From Amphiscolops sp. MND2022 (taxonomy: Eukaryota), in contig OZ076419.1 in NCBI GenBank assembly GCA_964187785.1, forward strand, positions 17,174,001-17,238,000: a stretch of 64,000 nt of DNA, written 5' to 3'. Below, one piece after another: positions 37,071-50,400 of the stretch. The notes under the pieces were generated by a model, which saw nothing but the letters and a program-made list of their open reading frames with translations, did no database searches and had not been told where the DNA came from. The translations under genes were made by a program, and so were the position numbers. Within the stretch, counting starts at the first letter, position 1, and each line of letters opens with the position of its first letter.

Positions 37071-39328
37071 GTGTCAATGTCCGTATTCTTCCGTTCATCT
37101 TTAGTTTTCCGTTAAGTATGTCCCGGAGGACCTCGTCCCAGTGGCCATACACTTCATTCAGCCCCCGTAGACAGTGTCTGTTTTTTGGCTCTATTTCTCC
37201 GCTGGCTAGCTGTGTTTGCTGCCGTCTCACTTTCTCTTCGGTTTGAAATAGTGTACTCGTTCTAAATTCTCGGAGTTTTAATTTCCCGGTATTTGTTTCG
37301 GCGGTGATTTCGGATCCGCGTATTGCGGTTTGTGTTTTACTTAGAAACTTTCGTTCTGTTGATTTTTTGTTGTGATTTTTTCTCTGCAACTTTGAAAGAA
37401 CAGCTAACAGACGTTTTCTTCTTCTGGGTATTAGGTTCTTCCGACATTAGTTTTTCTTCTGTCTTGGTCCATGATCTCACCCTGCGCATCGTAGCCCACG
37501 TTGATTGGTGTCTCTTGGGGCTGATTGGTGTAAAACGGATACTTCTAACCAATTAGGAAAATAAGTTTTACCGTCTTTGAATATGTTTGTTGGTTCGGTT
37601 CTCGGTTACCTACTGTGATGTAATTCGAAAAGCGTTTTTTTATATTCGTGTGTACAGTAAATCGCATTACCTCGGTTTACGCTTTCGGTTACGCTTCCAT
37701 GTTTGCTATTACCAGATTTTTCAAAGCCTTGATTGCTTGTTCTACTACTCCGTTTTCCGTATTAAGTTTTTACATTCTTGTTTCTGCAACATTCTCAATT
37801 TTCTTCTCGGAGCAACAATTGCAACATTCTCGGTGCCTCCTTCGTCTGAGATAAATGTTTCCGGTATTCCGTATAAATTGAAATAACTTGATAGGAATTT
37901 CATCCCTTCTCTTGTTTCCGATGTTCCACAAATTTTTACAGTTGGTCATTTACTAAATTTATCCACCGCAATTAGTATTTGTACATCTACGTGTATATTT
38001 TTGTTGTGTAGTTTTCCTGTAAAATCAAACTGTTTTTCTAGTCAGGACTCGGTTACTTTTTCAGATTTCTGTAGTGGTTTTTGGGTTATTGGTGTATTGA
38101 ATTTTTACTTGATGTGAGGCTTGATGTCATCTTTATTCTCCTACCGCCAGAATGTCTTTGTTGTTCCGGAGTTGCCGAGGTGCAGGATGTCTAGAAGCCG
38201 TCTTCTGTGGTCACTTGATATTACTAATTGATTGTCTACTTACACGAGGCTCCAGCGGATTGATAGCTTGCCAAATTCTTGTATCTTGTCTGGTGCGGTT
38301 TCTCGGTCTTCTCTTCTCGTGTCACATCTGACACAAGTAAGTTCTGGTTCCGGTTTTGGAGATGAGTGTCTTCAGGTTCATCATAAACTCGAATTCTGCT
38401 TTTTGGATGTTCTCTTCAGTTGCTTTTTTATCTGCTGTCAATTTTCCAAAAAGTGGTTTATCTAGACATACTGTACTTCTATTTCGCCTGTGTTGTACTT
38501 GTGCAAGTCAACTCTTGACAAGTTATCTCGGCGCAATAATACTCTGTCTTCCTCCGTTTCTACCGGTTCTAGATCAAGTTCTTCCGGTTTTTTTCCCGGT
38601 TTTCCAGGTATTTGCTGACCTCCTCCTCCCAGTGTGTTTGCTAGTCTCATCAATTTGACATCAACTGCAGTGACCTCTTTTTGTCTTCCTTTATTTGGCC
38701 GAGATGGTGCAAACACCGTTCGTTGAGTTAAATGACCATATTGGCGTCTCAGGGTTCCGGGCCAGTATATTGCATTTTGTGCTTCACTAATCTCCGTGTT
38801 TTGTGACTACTGTTTAAGTGTTAAAAATTGTCTAGATTTTCACGCGTAATTGGTAAAAAAAGTTTTCGTGTCCATGTCTTCTAACTTTCATTTCTTGAAG
38901 TTGCAGCTAGAATTTGGAGTCCTATTGTTAGACTTCCGGGATGTAGATGTTTCACTCTGTTTGATTTTGTTCAGGTCGTTTTTATTCTCGAAAATTCTAA
39001 TCAATTGTGATTGGCCCTTTATAGGCTCATTTTGTGCTTTGTTGTTATTGTTGCGTAATTCAGTTTGGTCTTTGTTGCATTTTGATTGGTCGGCGAATCT
39101 TTGTCCGTATTTCAAGTTCAATTCTGCTAGTTCAGTTAAATTGGTAAATAGGTCATCTTCCTCGTAACTTTTTTCTGTCGTAACTCCCACTACCATATTC
39201 TGCTAAGATATTCAATGAATTTGAATATACTCTCGACAAAATGTTGTATTGATATATCAAAATTCATATAGAGGTCTACCCACTGTGTTTTCCGCGAGTA
39301 TATTTTACATTGCGCTGGTTCTGTTCAA

Positions 39329-42300
39329 TGAAAGGTTCAACGCTTGGTGATTTGTATAGAAGTACACTTTCTTTCTTTGAATCAGAATTTTTCTAAAACC
39401 CACACAACCGCTAGTAGTTCCAACTCCCCTATGGTGTACTTTTTTGGTTTCCTTCAGATATCTGCTACCATATGCGGTGAGATTTGTGTTACTGTCATCT
39501 TGTTGCTGCCATTTTGTTATACGCAATCAGGTGTTGCTAGCATTTGGTGTTACTTTGTTGTCTTTACTTTCGCATAGTGTGCTAGACATGGTCCTCCCGT
39601 TAACATTTGTTTCTATTTTTTTTTCAATTTTCCGAAATTTTTCTATTGTTCTTTCCTGAGGTCATATCCATGGTTCATTCTTTTTCAGTCATTTTCTCAA
39701 TCGGTGGTAAGAAAATTTCCATAGGTGGTAATGCTTTCGAGAGGCCATGTCAATTCTTTTGTGTTTTCCGGTGGCTTTAATTTCAAAATCGCTCCCACTT
39801 TTTCTTCATTCGGTTAGGTTTCAATTTTGTCGGTCTCATGTCCCAATCATTTTGTTTGGCTCATGAAGAATTCACATTTTTCCTTTGAGCTTGACAACCG
39901 GCTTTCCCCAATTTCTTCAGAACGTCGAATACTTTTTCCTCATGGTCCTGTTTATTTCCTCGAGTTACCACAATTATATTGTCTAACAAAGCCAATGTGC
40001 TGTATCCGAGTGTTCGGTCACTTTCTTTCTTAAAATAATGTGCATCTATCGGCAAGTCCGAGGACCTCTTCTTTGAATCAGTGATATCCGCTGAATTTCC
40101 CCAGTTAAAACGAATACGCAATGTCGGCATGTTTCTTCAGATCGTTTCAATTATCTGTATGCGTAATCCAGGTCTATTTTAAAATGAAAAAAAGTACTCT
40201 TCGGTCGCGAATGTTTTCTACCAAAGTTTAGTTGAAAAAATTTTCCACACTCGGCATGTATGGTCTCATATTGAAACAACTGTCATTCAGTTTGCGTGAA
40301 TCGAGTGCTATTTTCACCGGTGATACAAAGCTACCTTCGTCTACGTCGTTCATCTTTTCAAGGTGTCCGGACTTTATTAATCTCTATTTTTCGTCCTACC
40401 TCCTCTGTCAGATTCATTGGCATTGCTCTAGTTTTCGTTTGCCTGAGTATTATCCCGCTTTTAATTGACTGTTCATTTCGGTGTCATTTATTGTTCCGTT
40501 GTCCTCAAACGGGTCCCGGAGTTTATTGAATACTTCTCCGCGCTCTGCATAGCTGTTCTCGGACATATTTATTCCGATTGTTAGTTTCAATCGTTTCATC
40601 CAGTCCACCTCAAGTATTGATGTCATATCTCTTTTTCTTCGGTTATCAGAAATTCCATTATTTGTTTTTTGTTTTCATTTTCACCAAACGTTTGTTCACC
40701 AGATATATTAGCCGGAACTTTACTTCGTCTTCTGTTTATATCTTAATATTTGTTTGTTGTTTTCTGTATTGCAGTTGATTTCAATATCATTTCACCAGGT
40801 GGCATTAATGTTTTTGGTTATCCGGTATTGATTTTGATTTCTTTCTTTATCCCGTTTACTTTTACTGTTGTGGTGTAGTTGAAAGGTTCAACGCTTGGTG
40901 ATTTGTATAGAAGTACACTTTCTTTCTTTGAATTAGAATTTTTCTAAAACCCACACTACGGCTAGTAGTTCCAACTCACCTATGGTGTACTTTTTTGGTT
41001 TCCTTCAGATATCTGCTACCATATGCTGTGAGATTTGTGTTCCCGTCATCTTGTTGCTGCCATATTGTAATACGGAACCAGGTGTTGCTAGCATTTGGTG
41101 TTACTTTGTTGTCTTTACTTTCGCATAGTGTGCTAGACTTGGTCCTCCCGTTAACATTTGTTTCCTTTTTCCGAAATTTTTCTATTGTTCTTCCTGAGGT
41201 CATATCAATGGTTCATTCTTTTTCAGTCATTTTCTCAATCGGTGGTAAGAAAATTTCCATAGGTGGTAATGCTTTCGAGAGGCCATGTCAATTCTTTTGA
41301 GTTTTCCGGTGGCTTTAATTTCAAAATCGCTCCCACTTTTTCTTCATTCGGTTAGGTTTCAATTTTGTCGGTCTCATGTCCCAATCATTTTGTTTTGCTC
41401 ATGAAGAATTCACATTTTTCCTTTGAGCTTGACAACCGGCTTTCCCCAATTTCTTTAGAACGTCGAATACTTTTTCCTCATGGTCCTGTTTATTTCCTCG
41501 ACTTACCACAATTATATTGTCTAACAAAGCCAATGTGCTGTATCCGAGTGTTCGGTCACTTTCTTTCTTAAAATAATGTGCATCTATCGGCAAATCCGAG
41601 GACCTCTTCTTTGAATCAGTGATATCCGCTGAATTTCCCCAGTTAAAACGAATACGCATTGTCGGCATGTTTCTTCAGATCGTTTCAATTGTCCGTATGC
41701 GTAATCCAGGTCTATTTTAAAATGAAAAAAAAAATGTACTCTTCGGTCGCGAATGTTTTCTACCAAAGTTTGGTTTAAAAAATTTTCCACACTCGGCATG
41801 TATGGTCTCATATTGAAACAACTGTCATTCAGTATGCGTGAATCGAGTGCTATTTTCACCGGTGATACAAAGCTACCTTCGTCTACGTCGTTCATCTTTT
41901 CAAGGTGTCCGGACTTTATTAATCTCTATTTTTCGTCCTACCTCCTCTGTCAGATTCATTGGCATTGCTCTAGTTTTCGTTTGCCTGAGTATTATCCCGC
42001 TTTTAATTGACTGTTCATTTCGGTGTCATTTATTGTTCCGTCGTCCTCAAACGGGTCCCGGAGTTTATTGAATACTTCTCCGCGCTCTGTATAGCTGTTC
42101 TCGGACATATTTATTCCGATTGTTAGTTTCAATCGTTTCATCCAGTCCACCTCAAGTATTGATGTCATATCTCTTTTTCTTCAGTTATCAGAAATTCCAT
42201 TATTCGTTTTTTGTTTTCATTTTCATCAAAATTTTGTTCACCAGATATATTAGCCGGAACTTTACTTCGTTTTCTGTTCAAATCTTGATATTTGTTTGTT

Positions 42301-42422
42301 GTTTTCTGTATTTCAGTTGATTTCGATATCTTTTCACCAGGTGGCAGTAATGTTTTTGGTGATCCGGTATCGATTTTGATTTCTTTCTTTATCCCGTTTA
42401 TTTTTTACTGTTGTGGTGTAGT
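39329..42422. repeat. Tandem duplication, 2 x ~1.55 kb, within pol
   Basis: Unit 1 39329-40879, unit 2 40880-42422. Both start TGAAAGGTTCAACGCTTGG and end ...TGTGGTGTAGT; duplicated ORF sets appear in the ORF track. Confidence 0.95.
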
Positions 42423-43420
42423 GTTCGATTTTTCCTTCTATCGTTCCTATTTCTTTGATGGGATGTATACTTTCGTCCAATTCGCATGATGTTTCGTCTC
42501 GTTCTGCATATTCTTCTTCTGTTTGTTCTTTCAATGTTCGGTTGTTGTTAAATTTTTGTCTGCATGATTTTGCGCAGTGGATTTTTTTCCGCATTTATTG
42601 CAGTTTGCCTGTTTTTCCGGACAGTTGTGTAGTGGTATCCAATCCAGTGAGTTTCCAAATCTGCATGATCGGTTCCCTGTCAATCTGTTTTTCCTTCTCG
42701 TAATGAATTTCTCCATTTTTCGCATCGGTTCTTCTTTTATCGTTTGCTATTCTTTCGCTGAAATTAATGCTTCCGGTATTATGTTTTTCTTGTTCTTCTT
42801 TTAGTAAGTGTTTGGCTTGATTAGTTCACTCGCTTTCTTTAATTCGAACGGTTTTCAAATCATTTTCTTCCGTAGATTTTTGTTGATAAATGCGGTCATG
42901 TATTTGGTTATTAACACTTCTTCTTCTGAAATTGTTTTGAAACTGCACTCTTTCTCCATTTCGATCGGTAATCTCCAGAATTTTTTGGATGTTTCGGCTT
43001 CGGCTGTTTTGCCTAGACGAAGTCTTCCTGGTTGTGGTATATATTGCGTTTGGAAATGTATTAATTGCAAAATAACCCTATTGAATCTTTTATTTTCATG
43101 CTGTCCGGTTCCGTTTTATACTCGGCTCGGGTCATTGATTACAGGGCTTCGAGTCGCACTCCCCAAATGAAATCTGCTTGATTAGTTCGTTGTATTCCGG
43201 TCCATACGGGTTCTGTTACGTCTTCTCTTTTTATTAGTTGTGTAAAATCTATTCTATGTTCCACTTCGTAAATTGTCGGAATCGTTCCAACAGCTGTCTT
43301 GGCGTGAATACCGCATTTCCGTTCGAAACCTTCGCTTCCAGATGCGGTAGAATGTTTTTCTCAATCTTAAAAAGTTCCGATCATTTTATTTGTTTTGAAA
43401 GTTGGCTGACTGCGCCATTT

Positions 43421-43631
43421 TGTCTTCTACGACTAAGGTACTATAAAAGGGAAATGTGATTAAAATATTACCTTTCTACTTTCGTACTAGACTGTGAGCA
43501 ACGGTATCAAAAAATGAATGTATTTTGAATTCCTGTCAAGTTTGTCTACTAACAACTCGTATAGTCTTCTAAACTAATGTTCGTTAACCGAAGCTCGGTA
43601 AAGGTCAAAGAAACGGAAGAACCGTACAACA
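43421..43631 (-). repeat. LTR (211 bp) flanked by both PPT and PBS
   Basis: Minus strand TGTTGTACGG...GAAGACA. PPT GAAGGAGAGAGAAGGGG upstream; PBS TGGCGCAGTC (43408-43417) downstream. Confidence 0.85.
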
Positions 43632-45233
43632 TTTCCCCTTCTCTCTCCTTCTCGGCTTTCTTGGTTTAGTCCAAGAGTGTCGTCGATACAGATTTGGATT
43701 ATGGTCCAGCTTGTGTCAGATCTGGATCACTTAGAAACAAATCTGCCGGCTTCTTTTTCATCTCCTTTTGGGGCGTCCCTTCATGTCGGTTCAACGCTGT
43801 ACTTGTAAAAGGTAAGGGAATGATTCTCTGTCTTTTATTCTTAGCCCCATATGTTTCCTGTATTAGGTACACTACCATATCGCATTTCAATCGCATCGTC
43901 TTCCGGATTCGTTTGTATTGGTATACATCTGCCGTCTCGCTCGGAAGTATCGTATGTTGTTCTTCCGGTCGTAGAGTGGTGTATATCACACTTCGTAACA
44001 AATTTCGTTCGAAACTGACACCTTCGGCGTTCCATAGAGCGCGTGAGTAGTAGGTTCACATATACAAAGAATCATTGACGCATTTCTTCAACAATGTTTT
44101 ATTACTCGTATGTATAACAATGTATTATTATGAATTACGGTTGGAATCATCAACAAACCACTGAAGGCCTTATAAACAGCATTTTGGTTTGAACAGAAAT
44201 TGTTGTCTCAAAAAAGGTCAAACTAGCAGTAACAGAAATCACAGAGGTAACTACTTTCGTAGCCTTAGGGTTGAGACGATCATGGGTTTTTTGTGAGAAT
44301 CGTTTTGGTCGTTTCATTCCTCATACACATGCCATGTGAAGCCGCAAAACAAAAATGAATATTTCTAATTTTGTGACTTCATGACATGTGTATAAGGAAT
44401 AAAACCATATTAGCTATCAGAGAAAAACTACTTGCTGATTTTCCTGAAAAAAAAACATGAATTTTCTACCTTCCTAAAGCAATAATTACAAAATGCCTGC
44501 GGTGGTCATCCTTGCGGAAACTTCTTCGAACGAAATAAATGTCTGGTTTTGTTTTCATTATTGACCTTCTTTTAAAGAGAAAATGAATCTTTGAGGAGCA
44601 ATTATATTTTTCATTTATTTTCGCTATTTCAAATCTGAAACTGTTTTTCTTTCAACCTCGAAATATTTAAACAAGAGGTAAAAATCAGCTGCACCAAAAT
44701 TTCCATCCAAATTTTTTAAAGATGATTTTTTTTCTTCGGAGATGATGGTTCATAGTTCAATCAGCTCACGTAAAAAGCTACAAATTTTACCCCTTTGATT
44801 TTTACCCCTACAAATTTTTGAAAAAGTGATTGAAATATATGGGATCTGGAAAATATTATGCTAAAAATCCTGATTATATCATCAAACATAGGGATAGAAA
44901 CATACACGACATCATACAGGTAGGTATAAACAGATTCTCACATGACACGTATGCTTATTATTTTCCGCCCCCACAATATATAGTGAAGAGGAGGAAAATT
45001 ATAATCTGTGTTGCGTTTTTGTTTCAAATTCTGCCAAATCTCCACTTTTTACTCCCTTTTATACTTAATATTGCGTTTTACTCAGGAGGAGGTAGAGGTT
45101 CGAAAACAAGCGTTTCCATTTGTCACAGCACGCTCCATTCGAACGTTTGACGTTATATACGAAGTTAATTGTGTTTTACTACGGAGGAAGCGTAGGTTCG
45201 AAGCAATTGCGCTATATCCGAATTTTGACGTTA

Positions 45234-46355
45234 CACTATGTGGACAGAATGTTTCCAACTCTCTGTTCACATAATTTCATTTCCGTTTTAACTAAGCTTA
45301 GTTTTATAAGTTAAACCATGGCCGAACAAGTTTAAAAAAATTAAAAAACGTTATCAAATCGTTTATCTTCGGGAAAGAAAAGTTACTGTTTTGGATATTT
45401 CCAAACAACTTGGATTGAAAAGCAAGGCGGCAGCTTATCAAGTATACGAGCATTATTTGCGTGAAGGATCAGTTATGCTGAAAAAGTCAACTGGGTGTCC
45501 AAGAAAACTGAACAAAAGAGCAGAAGTGTTTTTATTGCGAAAAATTTAAAAAAAAATCGATTTATATCCTGCAAGCAACTACGATGTGAAAACAACAACT
45601 TCAGCAGCAATAATACGGTTGGCGATAAGGCACAATATAGTAGGACCAGCACCAGTCAAAAAAATTTTTTTGAAGGCTAAGATTCGCTTGGATCGCTTTT
45701 GATAGGTAAATGAAAACTAGTGCATACCGAGAAATGGTCAGGGTATGTCTTTTCTGACGAGGGTCGCTTTAGACTACGGAGTGATGGGAGAGTATGTGTC
45801 TGGAGATTGGTTGGTGAAAAGTGCAACAATCAGTGCACAGTGTCGAGGTCGAATGATTGCCGTTCAGTTCTATTTTGGAGAGCAATTAAATACAATTGTG
45901 TCTTGCTCCTACTAATCACTTCAGATCGTTGTAACGCCCGGGAGCATTTATCAGTTTTAGAGAAAGCGGGCTTTCAAACTTTGCCTTCTTATAACTTGTG
46001 TTTCATAGATGATAATGATGCATCGAACAAAAATTCTCAAAGAATGGAAGACAGAAAATGAAGTTGATCGGGTTTACAGGCCTGCTCACAGCCCGGACCT
46101 CAGCCCAATAGAAAATGTTTGGTCTTACGTGACAAAACAGCTGCAAACCATGCAAAGGCCCTTTGAAAAACTAGAGGAAACTATCTGCAGTATTTGGGCG
46201 AACATACCCGTGGAACATGTCCAAAAATTGGATCGGTCCATGCCCAAACGAATGCGCGAGTTAAGAATCGATGAATACTGTTGTGTTATTCTATTTAGTT
46301 TTATGGTTACTTTTGTAAAAAGTCTTTTGTTCAAAAACCTTTTCGCCACATACTG
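45234..46355 (+). mobile_element. Tc1-family DNA transposon relic
   Basis: TA flanks (45232-33, 46356-57) and imperfect TIR CACTATGTGG / CCACATACTG. Transposase remnants from ATG 45318: VFSDEGRF, DDN, SPDLSPIENVW, SMPKR. Confidence 0.85.
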
Positions 46356-46814
46356 TATATTCGAAGTACCGCGTTACCAAGGAGAAAGTTAATTTTCGAT
46401 TAATTGTCTAATGCTAGCCAATTGAAGGCGGAAAATATCCCGGTGCATAGCAGGTGTCTTGTTATGCAATCAGCTGTTTTACGCATATTGTCACATGAGC
46501 CGGTGCACGACTAATCAGTATGAAGAATATATTCTGCCGCATCAATGTGAATAAAATGCTAAACTGCATTCTTATATGTGGTATTCATAGCTCCGCATAA
46601 TATTACGGCACTCTGCACGATGCCGTATAACTCCTCAAATGCAACATTGTTCATTTAGTTCGGTTTACTTTTCATTTTCCGCCCCCACAAATTTGAGAGA
46701 GGAAAATGACCAAATGTGTAGCTTTTTTGTTCGAAATTCTACGAAGTATCCACTTTATTTTTCCATTAGATACTGTACTTACTTGTTCAGTTACTTGAGT
46801 AAGTGGATAACTTA

Positions 46815-46899
46815 GTCACCGTGAACCAGTTGGTAGTGCGACCGCCTGGAAGACAGTAGGTCGTAGGTTCGAACCCGGGCTGCAACGCGAATTAACTTT
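46815..46899 (+). mobile_element. tRNA-derived SINE head
   Basis: A-box-like GAACCAGTTGG, B box GGTTCGAACCC (46866-46876), tail AATTAACTTT shared with the SINE at 48703. Confidence 0.55.
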
Positions 46900-46900
46900 C

Positions 46901-47449
46901 CCCTAGTTGAAACTGCAGGAACTTTTTGCATGTACTTTAATGTAGCCAGCAACTTTTATTATGATAGTGTAAAACTCTTACGGAAACTTTCATGCGAAAA
47001 TATTCACCTGTTGTATTTAACTTTTATCAAGCTGCTTGAAGGATTCCTCAAAGTTTTGGCGGCGATTTTAAGCCTTGAAGTTTTGCAGGTTTCATTAAGC
47101 AGCAGCTATAATTTTGAAAACAAATAAGTCGCCAACAATTTTACCGCTACTTTAATGCAAAATAACTTCAGTAGCGTAATAAACTGCAAATTAGCGTCAT
47201 GTTCAGCGTGCTATTTGAGAAGCGGTGATCACATCAGATGAGTAGTTGAGAAAACAAAAAGTAAGTACAAACTGATCGTGTTGGTAATGTAGTGGAATTT
47301 ATTTTCAAATTTAATTGCAGGAGTGGAAAATGCAGTGTAATTGTACATGATTTACCATCCGAAGTTCGCTGAATTTTCTAGGTTTTATAAAAAATTACCC
47401 TGCATGCATGCCTGCAGCATGTAAAAAGTTCCTGCAGTTTCAACAAGGG
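46901..47449. mobile_element. MITE with 32-bp TIRs (CCC...GGG), possible 2-bp TSD TC (EnSpm/CMC-like)
   Basis: CCCTAGTTGAAACTGCAGGAACTTTTTGCATG vs CATGTAAAAAGTTCCTGCAGTTTCAACAAGGG, 2 mismatches. Confidence 0.8.
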
Positions 47450-48702
47450 TCAGCTCTCTCAAGAAGTAGTTGGTCGGTATAATTTACCTTCGCCATTTTT
47501 TGCTCTTTCAAGAAGTATGGATGAGTTTCGAACCTCGCCTTCTCCACTTTTTTGTGTGGCGGAAAATATCCTGGTGCTTAGCGGACGTCTTGTTTACGCT
47601 CAATCTGTAACAGATAGAAACTTCGAATGGAATTACAAACAATTTCTGTATATTTTGCACACGTGTATTTAGGGTATGGATATCATTTTTGGGTAAAACA
47701 CCAGTACATTCTCAAAGTGCAATCCGTGATGGTTTGCTAAAATGTGAACTGTAGCTTCAAAGCAATCAACTATCTTAACATGACTTCAGTTTACATAGTA
47801 AAGGTTTAAAAAAGTCTCTTTGAATGTTTGTATTGAGTTTAAAGCTTCAACTGTTCTCACTGTTGTGCTCCGGCTCTAACACAGGCACTGCATGACGTCG
47901 ACTTAAGGTGTCTTCTAGAATTTGAAAGTATGTGAACCGTGCTCAGAAAAACGTCCGTCAAAAGCGCTCATTTTACAGTCATAAGCGCTCCCGATGAAAG
48001 CGCCCCGCTTATTTTCGATTTGATTTCAGCGCCTTTAAGTAAGGGTGAATGTTCATCTTAAAAAGCTATTTAAGCCAATTGAAGGTCCTCAAAGAGAATA
48101 ATAATTCTCTGATAATGCCATGTTTGACATTTCCACACATTACAAATTCCAATTGAAAAGTACTTAGGCTGCTATTTTTGGCATCTTTGAACGAATCATA
48201 TAAATTTCCAGTTTCAAGTAATTTGTCACAACAGTGTTTTAAAATGAAAAACTTATACATTTTTAGATGGACTGAGGTACTTAAAAATTGTGGTGTCAGC
48301 AGTCAGCAATTCCACTGGTGTCAGCAGCCTTTTATTTGGGTTATTCTCTCAGCAGCCTTTCTCCAAAAAATTCAAAAAAATTCAAGTGTTCCAATTTCAA
48401 ACTCAAAAGATAGAAATTCTTCCTCATACTCAACAACCAAAAAGTTGAGTTCGTAGCATATTTGTGGAGATAGTTCTGTTTGTGGAGACAGAAAATGTCT
48501 TAATATTAGAATTGTCGTAAAATTACTTTCCACAAAGGGATCTATATTTTCAAACAGAAGTGCGCAAAATAAATCAACAAGAACCACTGATTCCACCCAC
48601 AGAGGTGAATGTTCAGCCCAAAAAGCTATTAAAAACATTCACATGGAACTTCCAATTCGTAAAAAACTTGAACGTTCGAGTGCTTACGAATGAGCAAACT
48701 GT

Positions 48703-49070
48703 GGGGAGCATGGCGTAGTGGTTAGAGCATTCGGCCTGTATTGGGGCAGTATCAGGTTCGAATCTCTCTCAACTTACCATTGTTGGTCCTTGAGCAAGTC
48801 CTTCATCCCTAGCTTAGTGGTATGGTTATTGGCAAAAAATAACGCATTTGGCGGAGAAAAGCAAAACAAAAAGAGCAACGGTGAGCAGTCAGACCTTTGT
48901 GACCTTGAGCAAGTCACTTTGAAACCACAGCTTCAAGTCCACCATTACTTGACCACTTGGCTGCAAATATGGTACCGTAGCTTGCTATGGGGAGATAGTA
49001 TCCGAAAGGGCGCCGACTTTGAAAAGAACTACTTATTCGGCGTCCACCCCGCGGTAATGGGGAAATTAAC

Positions 49071-49115
<45 letters not shown>

Positions 49116-49121
49116 TCTCTC
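48703..49121 (+). mobile_element. tRNA-derived SINE with CORE-like motif and (CT)n tail
   Basis: A box TGGCGTAGTGG, B box GGTTCGAATC, two CCTTGAGCAAGTC motifs resembling the CORE-SINE consensus, (CT)n at ~49074-49121. Confidence 0.7.
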
Positions 49122-50006
49122 AAACAGTGTTCAAAGAGCGAAAATATCTTTGACGTAGCCAGTTCATTCAAGAAAATTAGGCTACAAAAATTTGGTGAAA
49201 AACACTAAGAACACGAACTTTTTCCAAAAGTTTAGTAGTCAGGCTACATTTCCTGGAGTGCCTACCGGAAACAAATGACTGGTAACGAAGTTTATTTATT
49301 TGAAGGTCTTGGTTCGAAAAAGCCCCGGTGGCTCTAATGCCCGCTTTTTTAAAAATCGATGATTGAGCAACTTATCATTTGAAGTGTAGCCCCAAGCAAA
49401 AAAGAAAACGTTTCTCTTGGTAATAAAACTGAATTCACGAATTGAACATTGCAATAATAAAAGTAACAATTAAAAATAATTATTGAGCAACTCGAATTAA
49501 CAAACAGGTCAGAATATACTACTGATCGAACAAACGTCAACAAACAAATGAACGGGCGATAACTGGGGTAGTTTTTCAGAAAAGCTAACTGATTTTGTTT
49601 TTAATACAAAACAAACTATTGTAACAAAACAAGTTGTGAAACGTATTGAACAATTTATGCAATAAATACAAATGTTATTGACGTATTATGAACAGGTATC
49701 AAAGAATGGTGAACAAATTGCACGTTGATTTGAGTGGGGTCACAAAACCCGGGTTTCGGATATACATGAGTCAGAAACGGAACGAATTGCTAATGTAAGT
49801 AGATAAATAAAAACAAATATAATAAAAAGAAACAAACTGAAGACAACTTTGACTTCCTCTTCGAATCCCTTTGGCCACATGACTTCACAAATTAAACATT
49901 TTTTGTACAAAAAATTGCAGCAGAACTGACACGCTTTGGAGTAATACAATCTTAAGAGCCGAAGGAAAACAGAAAGTAGCAGAAAATATTATAAATTTAC
50001 AAGTCA

Positions 50007-50400
50007 TCATCCCTCGAAATCAATAGCAGTGAGCTGTTGTTGCATTTCTCTCAGCCTGCTTTTATACTTCGTCACCAGCTGGTCACCAGAATGGCCTACT
50101 TCGTCTCCTTCGGAATTTGTCACCCCTGCTGTCGCAACATGTGGTGCATTCTGTTTGCGCGATCCGGATGATGTCTGTCGTTTGCTTCCAGGGTATTTGA
50201 TGTAGGTGCACTGGGAACTGTTGCTGGCAACTGTCTGGACCGAGTGACCAGAGTGTGGCTGTTGTTGTTTCGAAGCGACAGATGTGCCTGGATGTCTGGA
50301 ATGGTTGGGGTACCTGGATTGGGAAGTGGAGGGTTGCTTTTGCACGGTTTTGCTACTTCCAGCTGCACCTGGGTGCCAGTGTTCTGAATGAGCAACGGGG
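50007..50400 (-). CDS. PACT gene terminal coding exon
   Basis: Acceptor tttatttcag; phase 2 gives (D)PVAHSEH...AIDFEG-TGA. Confidence 0.8.

Larger units (their letters stand above)
35960..44050 (-). mobile_element. Decayed head-to-tail array of Mag-like Gypsy elements sharing LTRs
   Basis: PPT-LTR(43421-43631)-PBS, then gag-pol to ~37080, then partial LTR(36887-37070)-PBS, then a second gag to ~35960. Knuckles CRFCNSPDW...CNKCGKKAHYAKAC; RT and IN remnants. Confidence 0.82.
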
